Assembly (NCBI GenBank): GCA_951406725.2
Contig: OX597814.1
Location: 54,188,001 to 54,252,000, forward strand
Reading direction: 5' to 3'
DNA length: 64,000 bases
From: Octopus vulgaris
Lineage: Eukaryota
In this document: positions 36,396-50,142 of the stretch, piece after piece
Layout of the letters: the number at the start of each line of letters is the position of its first letter
How positions within the stretch are numbered: the first letter of the stretch is position 1
Notes under the pieces: model-generated
Database searches by the model: none
What the model was told of the DNA's origin: nothing
What the model saw: the letters and a program-made list of their open reading frames with translations, nothing else
Program-made: the position numbers and the translations under genes

Positions 36396-36548
36396 CAACG
36401 AAAGAACTTTGAAAAACAAAACAATTGGATATTTGATAAATGAGTGGAATTGAACCAGTGTGTTAATTATATTGGCATAATGACTCCCCCTAGACACAAC
36501 AAAATTTGTTTCAACACACAAATTTACCTACAGAATCTTGCAAACCAG
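36396..36548. repeat. Unclassified dispersed repeat
   Basis: Inverted homolog at 34440-34530; related copy at 62106-62283 (cgaaagaactttga, tgtttcaacacac, agaatcttgcaaa). Confidence 0.65.
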
Positions 36549-36574
36549 ATACAAAAACAGTGTGTGTGTGTGTA

Positions 36575-37097
36575 TCGTAAATATTCGAGTATAGTATGCC
36601 CTTGAGTATAATACGCAGGGGATTTTTAGGGGGCTGTACCTCTGAAAAACCTAAACCTTTTGTATAATATGCACTCCTTCTCTAACTTGAGTCATGCATA
36701 ATTAAGCCAGCAGCACCTAGTCGAACAAACACTTCCGTGCATGCGTAATACAATAATGGTGATGTTCTTAACAGTTATATGGGAATGTAAATATGTTTGC
36801 AAATTGTTTTTGTTACATGTTATTCTGTGTTCTGAATACTTTTATTTTAATAAATGTTGCTTACTGCAAGTTATAGATGATTCTTTTATGACTTCATTGC
36901 TTTCAGGCTTAGCTTAAGGTATTTTCGAGCCTAACATCACAAAATGTGTCTGAATAAACATTGCCAGACAGCAAATAGAGACTTGGACATTGCTTAGAAA
37001 ATATTTTTCATTTTTAACCTCGTATATAGTACACACTAGGGATTTTGACCTTTAAATTTTGGGGAGAAAAATGTGGATTATACTCAAGGATTTACGG
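36575..37097. mobile_element. Tc2/pogo-type MITE
   Basis: TIRs TCGTAAATATTCGAGTATA / TATACTCAAGGATTTACGG, TA at the left end. Confidence 0.75.
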
Positions 37098-37499
37098 TGT
37101 GTGTATATATATATATATATATATAGTGATGATGAACAAAAGTCAAGAAAAAAAAAGAGATAAGTATGCAATCAATGTTATTAGCTTGATGGTCAAAGAA
37201 ATAGAAAGAGTTAATGACCATAATGCTTTGGACATTGTTTTTCTTCAGACAATGGAGAAAGGAAGTAGAAAACACAAGAAATTGGAAAAAGAAAACACAA
37301 GCAAATAGGGAGAAAAAAAATGAAGAGCTATTCCAGTGAAAGAAACCATGTGGAGTTGGTCAACAAGTTGGTTGCTGACTGAAAAGTAAGGTGTAGACTA
37401 AATATGGTATATTTTTAGACAGGTCAGCAAATGCAAGGATGGGCAAATATCTGCATTTACAAGTTGGTGTGTGTGTGTTTACACACACACACATGCATA

Positions 37500-38341
37500 T
37501 ACACATGAAGTCCATAAGTTTTGAGAATTTTTTAGGAGAGGCAATTATTACCGTCCTAGATTATTGTAATTTTAGTATATCATTACTATACATTTAATGA
37601 AGGAGTCAGCTGTAATAGGGCTTTGAATGCACACTACTAAGCACTGCTTGTCACCGCTAACTAGTTTTGCAGAATGCAGTTGGGATGTTAGGAAAATCAC
37701 TATGCAATAAAGTTTTGTGTTAAACACTAGGCAAAAACACTACAGAATCTTATGAAATACTTCAGACTGCTTATGGATGAATTTTTTACTGGCACAAGGA
37801 GTTCAAGGGATGGTGAGAGCTGATGAGAAGTATGGGAGAGAGAGGAGCATCAGAACGTCAGAGCTAGTTGAGAATATTCAATTTTCTGCATGAAAACCAC
37901 TGTGTGTCTATAAGGACAATAAGTATATGGTTTGGAGTTGTTTTGGCAGCTGTATACAGAATTATTCATGAATATGTGCAAAAATTGTGCAAAGTTTGTT
38001 CCAAGGATGCTCAGTAATGAGCATCCTGGTAATCAACTACTTGACAGCAGTGGGCATTTAAACTGTCCTTCACCCTTCCTAGAGGCCAGACCTTGCTCCC
38101 TGTGATTTTTTATTGTTCCTGAAGGAGAAGGAGAACATTAGGGGCAGTTCTTTTGAAGATAAAGGAGGCTGTGATAAGTGTCCTGGACTCCTTTACTTTG
38201 GAGGACTTCCATAAGGCCTTCATGATGTCACTGGAGTGCTACCAGAAGTGCATTGAAGTGAAAGGGTGCTACTTTGAATTCTTTGAAATTAATAGAAGTC
38301 TCTCCCCCAAAAGATTGAAAACTTCTGGAATGTACCTTGTA
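37500..38341 (+). pseudogene. Internally deleted mariner element
   Basis: AIKFCVK, CAKFVPRMLS, HPSxRPDLAPCDFLLF motifs with stops; terminal ...gtaccttg|ta. Confidence 0.85.
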
Positions 38342-39059
38342 TGTGTTTCTATGGGAAGTATAGAGAAATAGTTTGTGTGCAGGGTTCTTTTTTGTGTTGT
38401 GTTTGTAACTGCATATGTGTGATATACACACATACATGTAGTGTAATTCCTATAAGGTCATAATTATGTCCAATTTGATAAAGGTACCAGAACATTAGTT
38501 ATTGAAAAATCATTGGTGTGAGTGTATACACATACAAACATACATACATTAGATTAACAAACTGGAAAAGTGAGTACTCAACACTGGGAAGGTGGATAAA
38601 CAATTCCTTTTATGTAAAGTTTCGTTAACTTTCTGTAACCCAAAGTTTCATTCCAGCAGAACTTAGCATTTAATCAGCCAGAATTCAAATCACAAATAAT
38701 TATCTGCCATTATATATGTGTACACATACACACGCATTTAGATACATAAACACGTACATACAAACACACACATACATACATATACATGCATACATATATG
38801 AAACAGTTGTGGAATGCTTATCATGATCAATTACCACCATGTGCCCACAAGTTTGCTCAAATTAAGATAACCCTGGTTAACTAAACAACTGCATAGGAAA
38901 CAAACAAAATGCAAAGGGTACCAATAGAACATTTCTCACATATTTCTAATCTGGTACAATCAATTGTACTTAATATATACAATTCAGTAATTGCATAACC
39001 TTTCAAAACACAGAAGCATTTAACATTGGGTTTATGTATAATTGGTCAGTTAATTGTAT

Positions 39060-39530
39060 ATGCAGACTTGGCTGTGTGATAAGAAATTTGCTTCCCAACT
39101 ACATAGGGATGGATTCAGTTTCACTCTGAGGCACCTTGGGTAAGTGCCTTTGATTATGTCCTTGGGTGGACCAAAGCCTTGTGAGTAGATTTGGCAGACA
39201 GAAACTGAAAGAAGACATCATGTATATGTATATGTGCATATGTGTGTATGTGTGTGTGCATATGCACATTCATGTATGTGTGTTCACATGCATGTATGTG
39301 TATGCACATGCATGTATGTACACATGTATGTGTGTGCGTGATGGTCTCTTTGCCTAGACATCATGTGATAGTTGTTAATGAGTGTCACCATCATGCGAGT
39401 AGTGTTCTTCATTTCTAATCCTCCAGGCAAAACATGAGAAAGATTATCTTGCTTGGAAAGAGTTTAGGGAGACATCAGAATAGACATCTAGCTATACAAA
39501 ATCTGCTTCAACAAATTCTGTCTGACTAAT
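39060..39530 (+). mobile_element. Family A SINE head with RTE-type tail
   Basis: Head to 39220, (GT/AT) spacer, then tail homologous to 4560-4790. Confidence 0.75.
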
Positions 39531-41615
39531 TTTCTTTGATTGCAAAACATTTTTCCAGTTTTGTTTTAAAAATGAGTGAAATATAACATAAAACTGACCA
39601 TTTGATTTGATATGATTAAAATGAGTCTGAAAGCTTCTGTTTTCATGGGTTTATAAATTACATTAGCCAGTACTCTTTGTTTACAAACAACTGTTGTCAA
39701 GAGAGTAAAATATATTCAAGCTATTCTTATCATTTCAGTGATTCAAAGAAGTTTATATTCAGATGTATTCATTAAAAAATCTTATTTCTAATTGTGTAAT
39801 AAAATTATTCTATAAATAAATTTTCATTGCAAAAAGTAAATTTTAATGTGTATTGTAAATAAATAAATTTTAATTTTTAAAAATACTTTAGAACAATATA
39901 ATATTAATTTCATTATCGAATACATTACTCTGGGATTCACTTAAATGTTTCCTAATCCATGTGACTAGTTGCTATTGTTACATAATTCAAAGTGAATGAA
40001 AGTCATTGCCAGGATATTTGAAAATAGCAAAGCTGGGCATATAGAAGAATATCAATGGTAAATTTCTTATTTTTTTCAGTTCATGTTGATATTCTTATAA
40101 CAAGTATCATGCCAATGCATGTCAATAAAATAACTTTGATTTGATGGAAGTGAAGTAAAGTGTTTGTGCACACAACATAGTGTGTTTTCTGTCATACAGG
40201 ATGAGATTTTCAAACCAAAATTTCCTGTGAAATGCAGTACAATTTGGAAAGATAGCGACAATGTTTGAATGTTTACACAATATAAAAAAGGTAAAACAGA
40301 ATCCCCAGTTTCTTGATGTGATTAGTACTGTAAATTCAATAATTTAGGGAGAAATCCAGATCTTAAGAGTAGTAATTAGTTGAATTTTGTTCACAAAAGA
40401 TCATTAAACTGACAGAATCACAGGCATTTTTGCCTTCCTATAGTACTATCAGTGGAATGAAGCAACAACAAACAACAGTGATAAACAACAACAAACTAAT
40501 CAGTAATAAACAACAGATTAAACTAAACTAATAAACAACAAACTAAATGTGCAGTGATAAACAATGATAAGTGAATCTAAAAAAAGACAAATTACACAAG
40601 CATATGTTAGGACCGGTATGTACTTCGTAATTACAGAATGGTAGGAGCAGATGGTAGATTATTAAAAAATGAAAGTGCTGTGTTGACAAACACTAATCTG
40701 TAGCGGGTTGATGCGATAGAAAAAAATTCTACATGGTCTATGTCAAATTGAAATGGACACATATACTGACCAGACTTCTTCAGATCAGGAGACATGTTTG
40801 TTAGCATTTAGCAGCTGTTTGGTGGTGGGAGGGATAAGAAATGTGGAAGCAAATGCAGTAGACTTTAAAGCTGACCTTGTATTTATGTAATACATTTACT
40901 TTCTTTGAATAGCTCTTTGTCAGGATATTCTCAAAGTAGAGCTGACTGTAGCAGAATTTGAAATAACAAAGAAATTACAAGGGCGGAGGAAAGAAAAAAA
41001 TATAAAAATAGCAATGCATATGATACAAAAATTTTAATTTTGCCTAAGTCTAGAGATGCAGTATGGAATCAACAATAAAATGCAGTTAATTGCAACAATT
41101 AAAAAAAACTGAAATAAAAACAAAAAACTCCAGCAAATAAAAAAACAAACTATTTTGTTTACGTATATTTTGCTTTGCCAGATATAATCAACAGAGAGAA
41201 CATTATATGAACTTGGTGTTTGTATCACTGCTTGTCTTCACAAGAAAGTCTTGTTTTATTCTCTTTATAGAGTTTATTTTCTTCAAAGACATGATCAACA
41301 CTATTTTGCATGTTTCATGGTTTAGAAACCCCAAGGATATCAATTTGTTATTTCCAACAATGTTACAAAAATGGTCATTTTGTTTTTATTTTTTTCTCTT
41401 TTATCAGAAAAATATTTCAATTACATTTTTTACAGTGATCTTTATTTAGGATCAGACACTGTGCTGTGGTGTAAAGAACCACAAAACAAATTTTTAAGTC
41501 CTTTTTATAAATGTTATATTTAGAAAGTGGCTAGGAGAAATTCAAGATACAAGAAATGGAAAAGAGAACATGCACTTACATAACCAATACTTCAAAATAC
41601 ATTCACATCTTTCTG

Positions 41616-42593
41616 TCAGTTTGAGTAAGCAACATTTTGAACCATGAAGAATTTGTACCAGATTTTTGCAGAGTTTTGAATTTTTCTTAAACAGTTTTTG
41701 AAATTGTCTGATAATACAGACATAGACTTGCTCCAACACATCCATAAATTAACATTAATATTTTTTTCACTGTTGTTACAATCATCTGAAATGGAACTGT
41801 TAAAGTGCAATATTCGACCAATTTTACTCTTCAACTTCAAAAAAGAATGTAAAGCAGCTGAAACTCTTTGTGATATCAATGAAACATTTGGTGAGGAAAT
41901 GACCAGTGAGTGGTCAGCTTGAAAATGGTTTAAATGATTTTGCAGTGGAGACCTGAGCCTTGAAGATCATGAGTGTATTCGATGACCATCTGTCATCGAT
42001 GACGGTCAATTAAAAATCGTCATTGAGAAAGATCCACATAAAACCACTCAGGAACTGGCAAAAGAACTTCAAGTTAGCCAGAAAACTGCCTGCAACCATT
42101 TGCATGCAATCGAAAAATCAAAAAAGCTCGACAAATTGGTACTATACATTTTGAATGAAAATCAGAAAATGTGCAGATATGAAATTGCTCATCACTTCTT
42201 CTCCATAACCAGACCAATCCATTTCTCAACTGTATTGTAACTTGCGATGAAAAGTGGATATTGTAGAATAATAAAAAACGTTGAGGATACTTGACTACAA
42301 AGTTTTTCCCCACCCAGCTTATTCCCCAGACCTTTTTCCTACCACTTTTTCAAACATCTTGATGGTTCCCTGTGAGAGAAGGAGTTCAAAAATCAAACTG
42401 AAGCTAAAAGTGCATTCATCAGGTCCAGAACTCCAGATTTTTATGTTACTGGAATAAACAAACTTGTAACTTGTTTGTGAAAATGTGTTGACTGTAATGG
42501 TACTTACTTTGATGAATAAAATTTCCACATCGTTGAAATATATTGTGATGAATTTCATGTTTCAAAGTATTGCTTACTTTTTACTCAGCCTGA
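41616..42593 (+). pseudogene. Mariner element remnant
   Basis: NIRPILLFNFKKECKAAETLCDINETFGE, IVTCDEKWI motif; TIR-like TCAGTTTGAGTAA / TTACTCAGCCTGA. Confidence 0.88.
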
Positions 42594-43118
42594 TATATAT
42601 ATAATATATTTGCATCTTTTTTAATTCAGTATGGAATATTAATTGGGCACCACAAGTAAAACTTCCAGAAAATACAAGACCAACTGATCTGATATTTTTC
42701 TAAGGCACAGAAAGCAGAAGAAAGAAAATAAAACATGCACTGATTCTTAAGTTCTGCTACCTGGTAGTTGTCAGATTATTAGCCAAAAGAACTGATATTT
42801 CAAATTGATTATATCTTAAATGTTTTGCTACTTCATGAGTCATCTCTAGGTTATAAATTCAGTCAGTTTTTGAAAGCTTCACAATTATAATTTTTTGCAT
42901 AGAGACATGACATAAGGTTTCTTCTCTCCTGTTCAAGATGCAGCTAAGTAGTTTCAAGATCTTGAGTTTTTCAATTGCACCTCGTTCATAGTGACTATAA
43001 TTGACTTTAACTGAATTTTTGTTGAGTGAGAAATGCACTATGCATTACAAAGGGAACCAAACAGAAAATTTTCAAATCAAGTAAAAAAAAAAAAAAATTC
43101 ATAATCAAAATTTCACCA

Positions 43119-43320
43119 GTAACCCTTTAGCATTTAAACTTGTCATATCCAGCCCAAATATTATACCTGTTTTATGTACAGACTAGCCATATTCAGCCTC
43201 TCACGCCTACCCTACAATGTCATACTAAGAACAAACAAGCATATCATCAAAATCTCAACACAAAAAGATAATGCATGACAAATTCAAAATAATGTGAACA
43301 AATAAGTGTTACATTAGACA
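43119..43320. mobile_element. piggyBac-like MITE fragment
   Basis: Begins TAA|CCCTTTAGCATTTAAAC; other end not found. Confidence 0.45.
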
Positions 43321-43421
43321 CTTCACAGTTTGGAATCACCACATTACATGCAGCCCATGTGATCTTTGTTAACCAATGAAATAGTAAGGTCCCAATACCA
43401 TCATACATAAAGGGACCCAAA

Positions 43422-43456
43422 TATAACAATAGTGATCTCTGATCACTATTGTTATA
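43422..43456. repeat. Perfect 16-bp hairpin
   Basis: TATAACAATAGTGATC-tct-GATCACTATTGTTATA. Confidence 0.9.
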
Positions 43457-43603
43457 GTAAAAAAAGCCAAGAGAGTTTGTAGATTCAATAAGTTTACTTG
43501 CCATGAGGAATGCAAAAGTTGATGTTTTGGTTAGAGGTCCTTCATGACAAACTTAGTGAAGCAACGCTTTGGAATTTTATTATCAATGCTATTGATGAAC
43601 ACC

Positions 43604-43879
43604 AAGAGGGTGCTGAAAAGTTCCTGGCTTTAAGGGTATCACAAAAAGGTTTGATTAGAGGTCCAACCTTCCAAATTCTTTTACAGGGCTTAGAAAAACT
43701 GAAACAACAAAACTCAAAAGGATATGTACATGGAAAGCATTAGCTTGACACTAAATATAAGATGGAAAAAAGAGTGAATGTTTAACATTTCAAGCATGGT
43801 CCTTCATTACAAAAAGGAGAGAGGAAAGGTGCGGAGAGAAGGAAAAAAAGTCTGAGAAAAGTATGTGTGGTTAAAGGGC

Positions 43880-43914
<35 letters not shown>

Positions 43915-44110
43915 GTAAGGGTGCTGAAAAGTTCCTGGCTTTATTGTGAAAGGCCCAATCTTCTGAGTTCATTTACAGGGCTTAGAAAAACTGAAGGACT
44001 GCTGCAATAAGCATGTGAATCTGAGAGGGGAATATGTTGAATAAAATCATAACTGATCCTCCTGTATTTTCTTTTACCCAAAACCAGGAACTTTTCAGCA
44101 TTTCCTCATA
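43604..44110. mobile_element. Partial MITE + hammerhead element + (TA)n + full MITE
   Basis: 43702-44110 is the reverse complement of 26442-26892. Confidence 0.85.
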
Positions 44111-44636
44111 CATTCACCAGCTTCCTAGGAATTTAAATTTTCCCCATAATTCTGGTAGGTCTTGGTAATTAGATGATTCAGAATCAAGACAAGCAGAAAT
44201 AGAATGTACTGCTGCCCCATCAAACTTACGCAAAAAATTGGTGGTGGTGGAGAGAACATCCATTGAAGTAATGATAACGATGATGATAAGGATAATGATA
44301 AATATGGTATACATGCTATCAATGTAATACATGATATGTATGGAGAGGAAAAGAAGAGCAAAACATGCAAAGAATGGCACCTGAAATAGTAACTATGCAT
44401 TTATACAATGATTCCAAAATAGAGATACTCAGTCAATGAGTCAAACGGTTGCTATCAGAACAACACAATTAATTCTCTCCTCTGACAACATAACAAATAA
44501 TTAAATAAAACTAATAAGTAAATACAAAAACGAAAAAAAAATTAAAAGAACATCCATACAACTATTTATTTATAATGGAAATGTTGGAAAACATAAATGA
44601 TGTTCTGAGAAGATTGCGAATCACATTCTTTCAGAA

Positions 44637-44678
44637 ATGTGTGTGTGTGTGTCTATGTGCATATGTATATATATATAG

Positions 44679-44725
<47 letters not shown>

Positions 44726-44770
44726 CACATACATACACACACACATATATATACACACACACATATATAT

Positions 44771-44801
<31 letters not shown>

Positions 44802-45071
44802 CACATATATAAACACACACACAAATATATATACACATATATAAACACACACACAAAATATATATATACACATATATATACACATATATAAACACACACA
44901 CAAATATATATATACACATATATATACACACATATATATATACACATATATAAACACACACACACATATATATATATACACATATATAAACACATATATA
45001 TATATATATACACATATATAAACACACACACACATATATAAACACACACACACACACATAAACACACACAA

Positions 45072-45108
<37 letters not shown>

Positions 45109-45172
45109 CATATATATTATATATATACATATATATTATATATATACATATACATTATATATACATATATAT

Positions 45173-45208
<36 letters not shown>

Positions 45209-45256
45209 CATATATATTATATATATATACATATACATTATATATACATATATATT
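44637..45256. repeat. Compound (CA)/(TA) microsatellite
   Basis: Directly visible. Confidence 0.95.
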
Positions 45257-45479
45257 GTACTTAATCCACTGAATGTTTTTCACCTTTTTAAAATATTGAT
45301 ATTAATTAATGTTTTTTATTGACATTTAATTATTAACATAACAGTGTCATCTCGGTTCATTGTATGTATTTCTTAAAATCTGATATTATTATATTGATAT
45401 TATTTACCTTTTTTATTGACATTTCATTATTAAAGTACAATTCTCATCTTATTACATCATATTTCTTGACACAATGTCT

Positions 45480-46704
45480 TGAAAGAAGAGATCCTCCATT
45501 CATCGAAAAATTATCACAATCTCAGTTGGTTGTGTGGAATACTGGCTCCAAAAAACAGCACTGTAAGTAAAATTAATGAGCAGTACCTTCTTAGAAGTCC
45601 TCACATCTATAAGTCAGTTGATAATCCCAGATCCAGAAGAGGTGGTAAATTATCCAATAAAATTTCCCAATTCATTGGAGCCTCTAGAACTACCTCCCCA
45701 CAGATCGGAACTTAAGGTGGGATTCCAATAATATTATTGAGGAATCTGGATCCACCAATACTCTACAATGGGACACACCTGGTGGTAAAGAAAATGGTTC
45801 TACATGTTTTTGAAGTTACCGCTCTCTCTCTGGATGTGGAAAAGGCGAGTATGTTTTCATATCCAGGATTCTTCTCTTTCCATCAGGAGCCAAAATTCCT
45901 TTTTCATTCGGAAGAGTACAATTTCCTATTCATATCAACTTTGCAATGTCTATCAATAAATCCTAGGGTCAAACACTGTCTGTGGTAGGATTTCACTTGG
46001 AAGAGCCATGCTTCTCACACAGGCAATTATATGTTGGCTGCTCTAGAGTGGGAAGCAAAAATAAACATCTATTTGCATTTGTTCCACAAGGGAAAACAAA
46101 GAATATTATTTACCAAGAGGTCTTGTAGGAATTACTACATCCTATGATGTGCTCCAGTATCCACTGCTCTTTGTGAATGGTGAAGATGGATACCATTTCA
46201 GCATAATACCAACAAACCCGAAAGCTGCACCAACAAAGCAGTTTCCTACATTGACTTCAGTATCAAAGCATATTCTCCAATTACTCCCACCAACCATGTG
46301 GTAAGCCATCACACCTTATTTTTTCAAGCAATCCATTACTATGTATTCTCATGTGATTGCATTGGCTCAGTTTATGTTTCTTATTCTACAGCCACACCAG
46401 CAATCCAATGTCAACCCTTTGCTTTCGACAACATTTCAATAGTTAACTTCCCCGTTTCAGCCCCTTTCCGGAATGTACCCATTTACATACAATATCTCCA
46501 TTACTCCTACATTCATTTGACTGTCAACCATACAATGGGTCATGCTAGATGCAGTGCCGATTGCAGTGAAGGAGAGTATACCCGCTGACAGCTTTTCAGT
46601 ACATTCAAAAATCACATACCCCCAATTTTCCATGACAGGTTAGGGCCTAGAATCTTCCAAACTATGCCATTTTTGTTCCTAAGCAATACAGGGCATCTCT
46701 GCTA
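45480..46704 (+). pseudogene. Helitron remnant with PIF1-family helicase C-terminus
   Basis: LLRNLDPPILYNGTHLVV, QFPIHINFAMSINKS*GQTLSVVGFHLEEPCFSHRQLYVGCSRV, KTKNIIYQEVL*; decayed 3' end gcaatacagggcatctctgCTAA|T. Confidence 0.9.
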
Positions 46705-46749
46705 ATGTGGAATAAGAGATTTAGAACATCACACTTTCATTCAACACAC

Positions 46750-47075
46750 TTGGGTTGGATGGTTTGACCGGGGTCTGGGAAGCCAGTAGGCTGCACCAGG
46801 CTCCCTTCTGATCTGGCAGTGTTTCTACAGCTGGATGCTCTTCCTAACGCCAACCACTCTGTGAGTGTAGTGGGTGCTTTTTATGTGCCACCAGCACAGG
46901 TGCCAGGGGAGGCTGGCAATGGCTACGATTGGTTGGTGCTTTTTACATGCCACTGGCACGGAAGCCAGTCAAGGTGGCACTGGCATCGGCAACATTTTGA
47001 TGGTGCTTTTTACATGCCACTAGCGTGGGTATCACAACTACAATTTCCATTTGGCTTTTATTTTGATGTTGATAT
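46750..47075 (-). mobile_element. RTE 3' UTR fragment
   Basis: Reverse complement of 13780-14090. Confidence 0.82.
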
Positions 47076-48835
47076 ATTTATATATATATACATATTACAC
47101 TTAATTGAAAAAATTTGTTTTTGTCTTTTGTATATGTGCAGACTTCCTGTAACTGAAAAATGTCACTGATGTCATTGGAGGCAAACATACATGCAAACAG
47201 AGAGAGAAAGAGAGAGAGAGAATACGCATGTGTACAAGCATGCTCGTGCGTGTGTATGTATGTATACACTTTGATGAAAACAAACATACATGACATACAC
47301 ACAATCATACTAACATTCATGCACCCACACACAAAGGAAGTTAGTGGTAAGAGACAGTTTCTGAGCACATGTCTGTTACTTTGATGTTTAACCATCCTTA
47401 TAGTTTGTTTGAGTTGTTATTTAGTCTACTAATATCAAACCCAAGCAAAGCAGACCTACGTTCATATTTGATTTCTAAGGAACACCAGCCAAATTTTCAT
47501 TGATCTGCCTTATAAATGGACTTGTTAGATAATGTAGTTGGCACATACTATAAATGATTGGATGGGATACCTTTCATTATAGCTCTGCTTGGTCTGGGCT
47601 GGCCTGAACCAAAACAACAACCTTCAAATAATTAAAGCTTCCAGTTCATTCATTCTGTTTCATTTTCATACCCACCCACACACTTGCTCTTTCACTATTT
47701 TACTACCTCTCCCTCACTATTGTATGCTGTCTCCCTAAAACTATCTTGCTTTTCTCTCTCTCTCCCTCACTCAAATATTAGTAAACATATATGTAAATAT
47801 CTATATATATGAATACTGGGTGTATGTGTAGAGAAAAAACAGTTGTTTCATCACAGTTCCACATTCAATCCCAGTGTGGTGTCTTAGTTAAGTGTATTTA
47901 CACATACACACACACATTGAGCAGATAAATGAGGAAAGCCCTCTAAACATCAATCTTAAATGACTGGGAACTAAATAACAATTATGTTATCATAAAATAA
48001 TCCTCATCATCATTGATCCTCAGTCCCTTATATCATTTATTCCCCTGTCTACCTTGTTTTGGCATATTTTATATTTTATTTTCTTACTCTTGTACAAAAA
48101 TATATGCTAAATGATCACTCTATGATAAAGTACATGTCTCTCCTATATCATCAACTCTAAGATAGCCTGTTAGTGTCTCTTTAAAGATACACACACACAC
48201 ACACGCACACACACAGATAACCATACATGCATTCAATAGACTTCTTGCAATATTTGATTGATAAATATCACTCACAAAGCTTTGATCTTCTTTAATTATT
48301 GTTGAAGACAATCAAAGACCAAATCTTTGTTACTGCAAAGCTAATTTCTTAAGCAATCCAGCTTCTCATAGCTTAGTTACAATGTCCATTTTTGCAGTTG
48401 AGCAGGCACTCATTTCATTAATTAATCTCAATAAATTATAATGAATAAATGATTATGCTGACTTTATTAGTAGTTGGAACTAAAGAACAATCAACAAGCA
48501 GCAATTTAGCATTTTTACCATTATAACAATTCTTCTAGAACCATGAGAAAATCCTTTTCCCCAAATCTCAAGGAGCCACAGTTTCTGGAGCATTATTAGA
48601 ATGATATGAAACATATCTCCAACTGGATAAGATGGTAATCTATCACATGTAGCTTTTATGTACAGTTAGAAAGAGCAGCCAAGTTTTCCTCAATTTATTC
48701 ATTACTGTCTTCAATGAAAGGGAAAAGAACATTAGATAGTGTGGTCCTAGATGCTCCTAAATCTACGAGAGAGTAACAACTGAAATGTTAGCATGTCATT
48801 CAACCCTAGGTCAACAAGTTGATCTAGGATTAAGC

Positions 48836-49220
48836 ACGGGCATGGCTGTGTAGTAAGAAGCTTGCTTCTCATCCACATGATTCTGGACTCAACCCCACTG
48901 CATGGCACCTTGGGCAAATGTTTACTGTTATAGCCTTGGGCTGAGCAAAGCCTTGTGAGTGGATTTGGTAGATAGAAACTGAAAGAAGCCTGTTGTATAT
49001 ATATGTGTGTGTGTTTGTCCCCTCACCACTGCTTGACAACTGGTCATGTTGGTGTGTTTATATCTCTGTAATTTAGCGGTTCAGCAAGAGACACTGATAA
49101 AATAAGTACCAGGCTTAACAAAAAATAAGTACTGGAGTCAATTAATTTGACTAAAATTGTTTAAGGTGTTGCCCCAGCATGGCTAAATTCTAATGACTGA
49201 ATAAGTAAAAGATAAAAAAA
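48836..49220 (+). mobile_element. Family A SINE
   Basis: Full head, body and tail. Confidence 0.9.
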
Positions 49221-49236
49221 AAAGACAAAGTATACA

Positions 49237-49635
49237 TGGGCACAGGTGTGGCTGTGTTGTAGGAGACTTGCTTCTCAACCACATGGTTCCGGGTTCAGTC
49301 CCACTGTGTGGCACCTTGAACAAGTGTCTTCTGCTATAGCCTCAGGCTGACCAAAGCTTTATGAGTGGATTTGGTAGATGGAAACTGAAAGAAGCCCATC
49401 ATATATATGTGTGTGTGTATGTATGTGTGTTTGTGTTTTCCCCCTCCCTCTGTCATCGCTTGACAACTGACTTTAGTGTGTTTATGTCCCCATAACTTAG
49501 TGGTTCCACAAACGAGACCAATAGAATAAGTACTAGGCTTACAAAGAATAAGTCCAGGGGTCAATTTCTTCAACTAAGGCAGTGCTCCAGCATGGCCCCA
49601 GTCAAATGACTGAAACAAGTAAAAAAATAAAAGAA
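49237..49635 (+). mobile_element. Family A SINE (adjacent to previous copy)
   Basis: Full head, body and tail. Confidence 0.9.
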
Positions 49636-49669
49636 TACTGTCAATAGGTGGTTGAGAGGCTAGTTTCTT

Positions 49670-49901
49670 ATTTCTTTATTGCCCACAAGGGGCTAAACAT
49701 AGAGGGGACAAACAAGGACAGACAAACGGATTAAGTCAATTACATCGACCCTAGTGCATAACTGGTACCTATTTAATCGACCTTGAAAGGATGAAAGGCA
49801 AAGTCGACCTCGGTGGAATTTGAACTCAGAACATAACGGCAGACGAAATACGGCTACGCATTTCGCCTGGCGTGCTAACGATTCTGCCAGCTCGCCGCCT
49901 T
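49670..49901 (-). mobile_element. Family B SINE
   Basis: Near-consensus; flanking duplication TGAGA(G/A)GC(T/A)AGTTTCTTA. Confidence 0.9.
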
Positions 49902-50097
49902 GAGAAGCAAGTTTCTTACAACACAGTCACATCTGTACCCATGTATACATTAAGTCTTTTTTTTTTTTTATCTTTTACTTATGTCAGTCATTAGACTGAC
50001 TATGCTGGGACAACCCTTTGAACAATTTTAGTCAAATTGACAGTATTCAGTATTTATCCTAAAGAAACATCTCTTATGTATTTACTTTGTTAAAAGT

Positions 50098-50142
<45 letters not shown>

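Noticed and set aside
44230-44380. Minus-strand host exon (tttcag|GTGCC...TTTGC|gtaagt)
   Set aside because: Splice sites are plausible, but the two open frames give low-complexity peptides with no recognisable homology; cannot be supported without RNA-seq.
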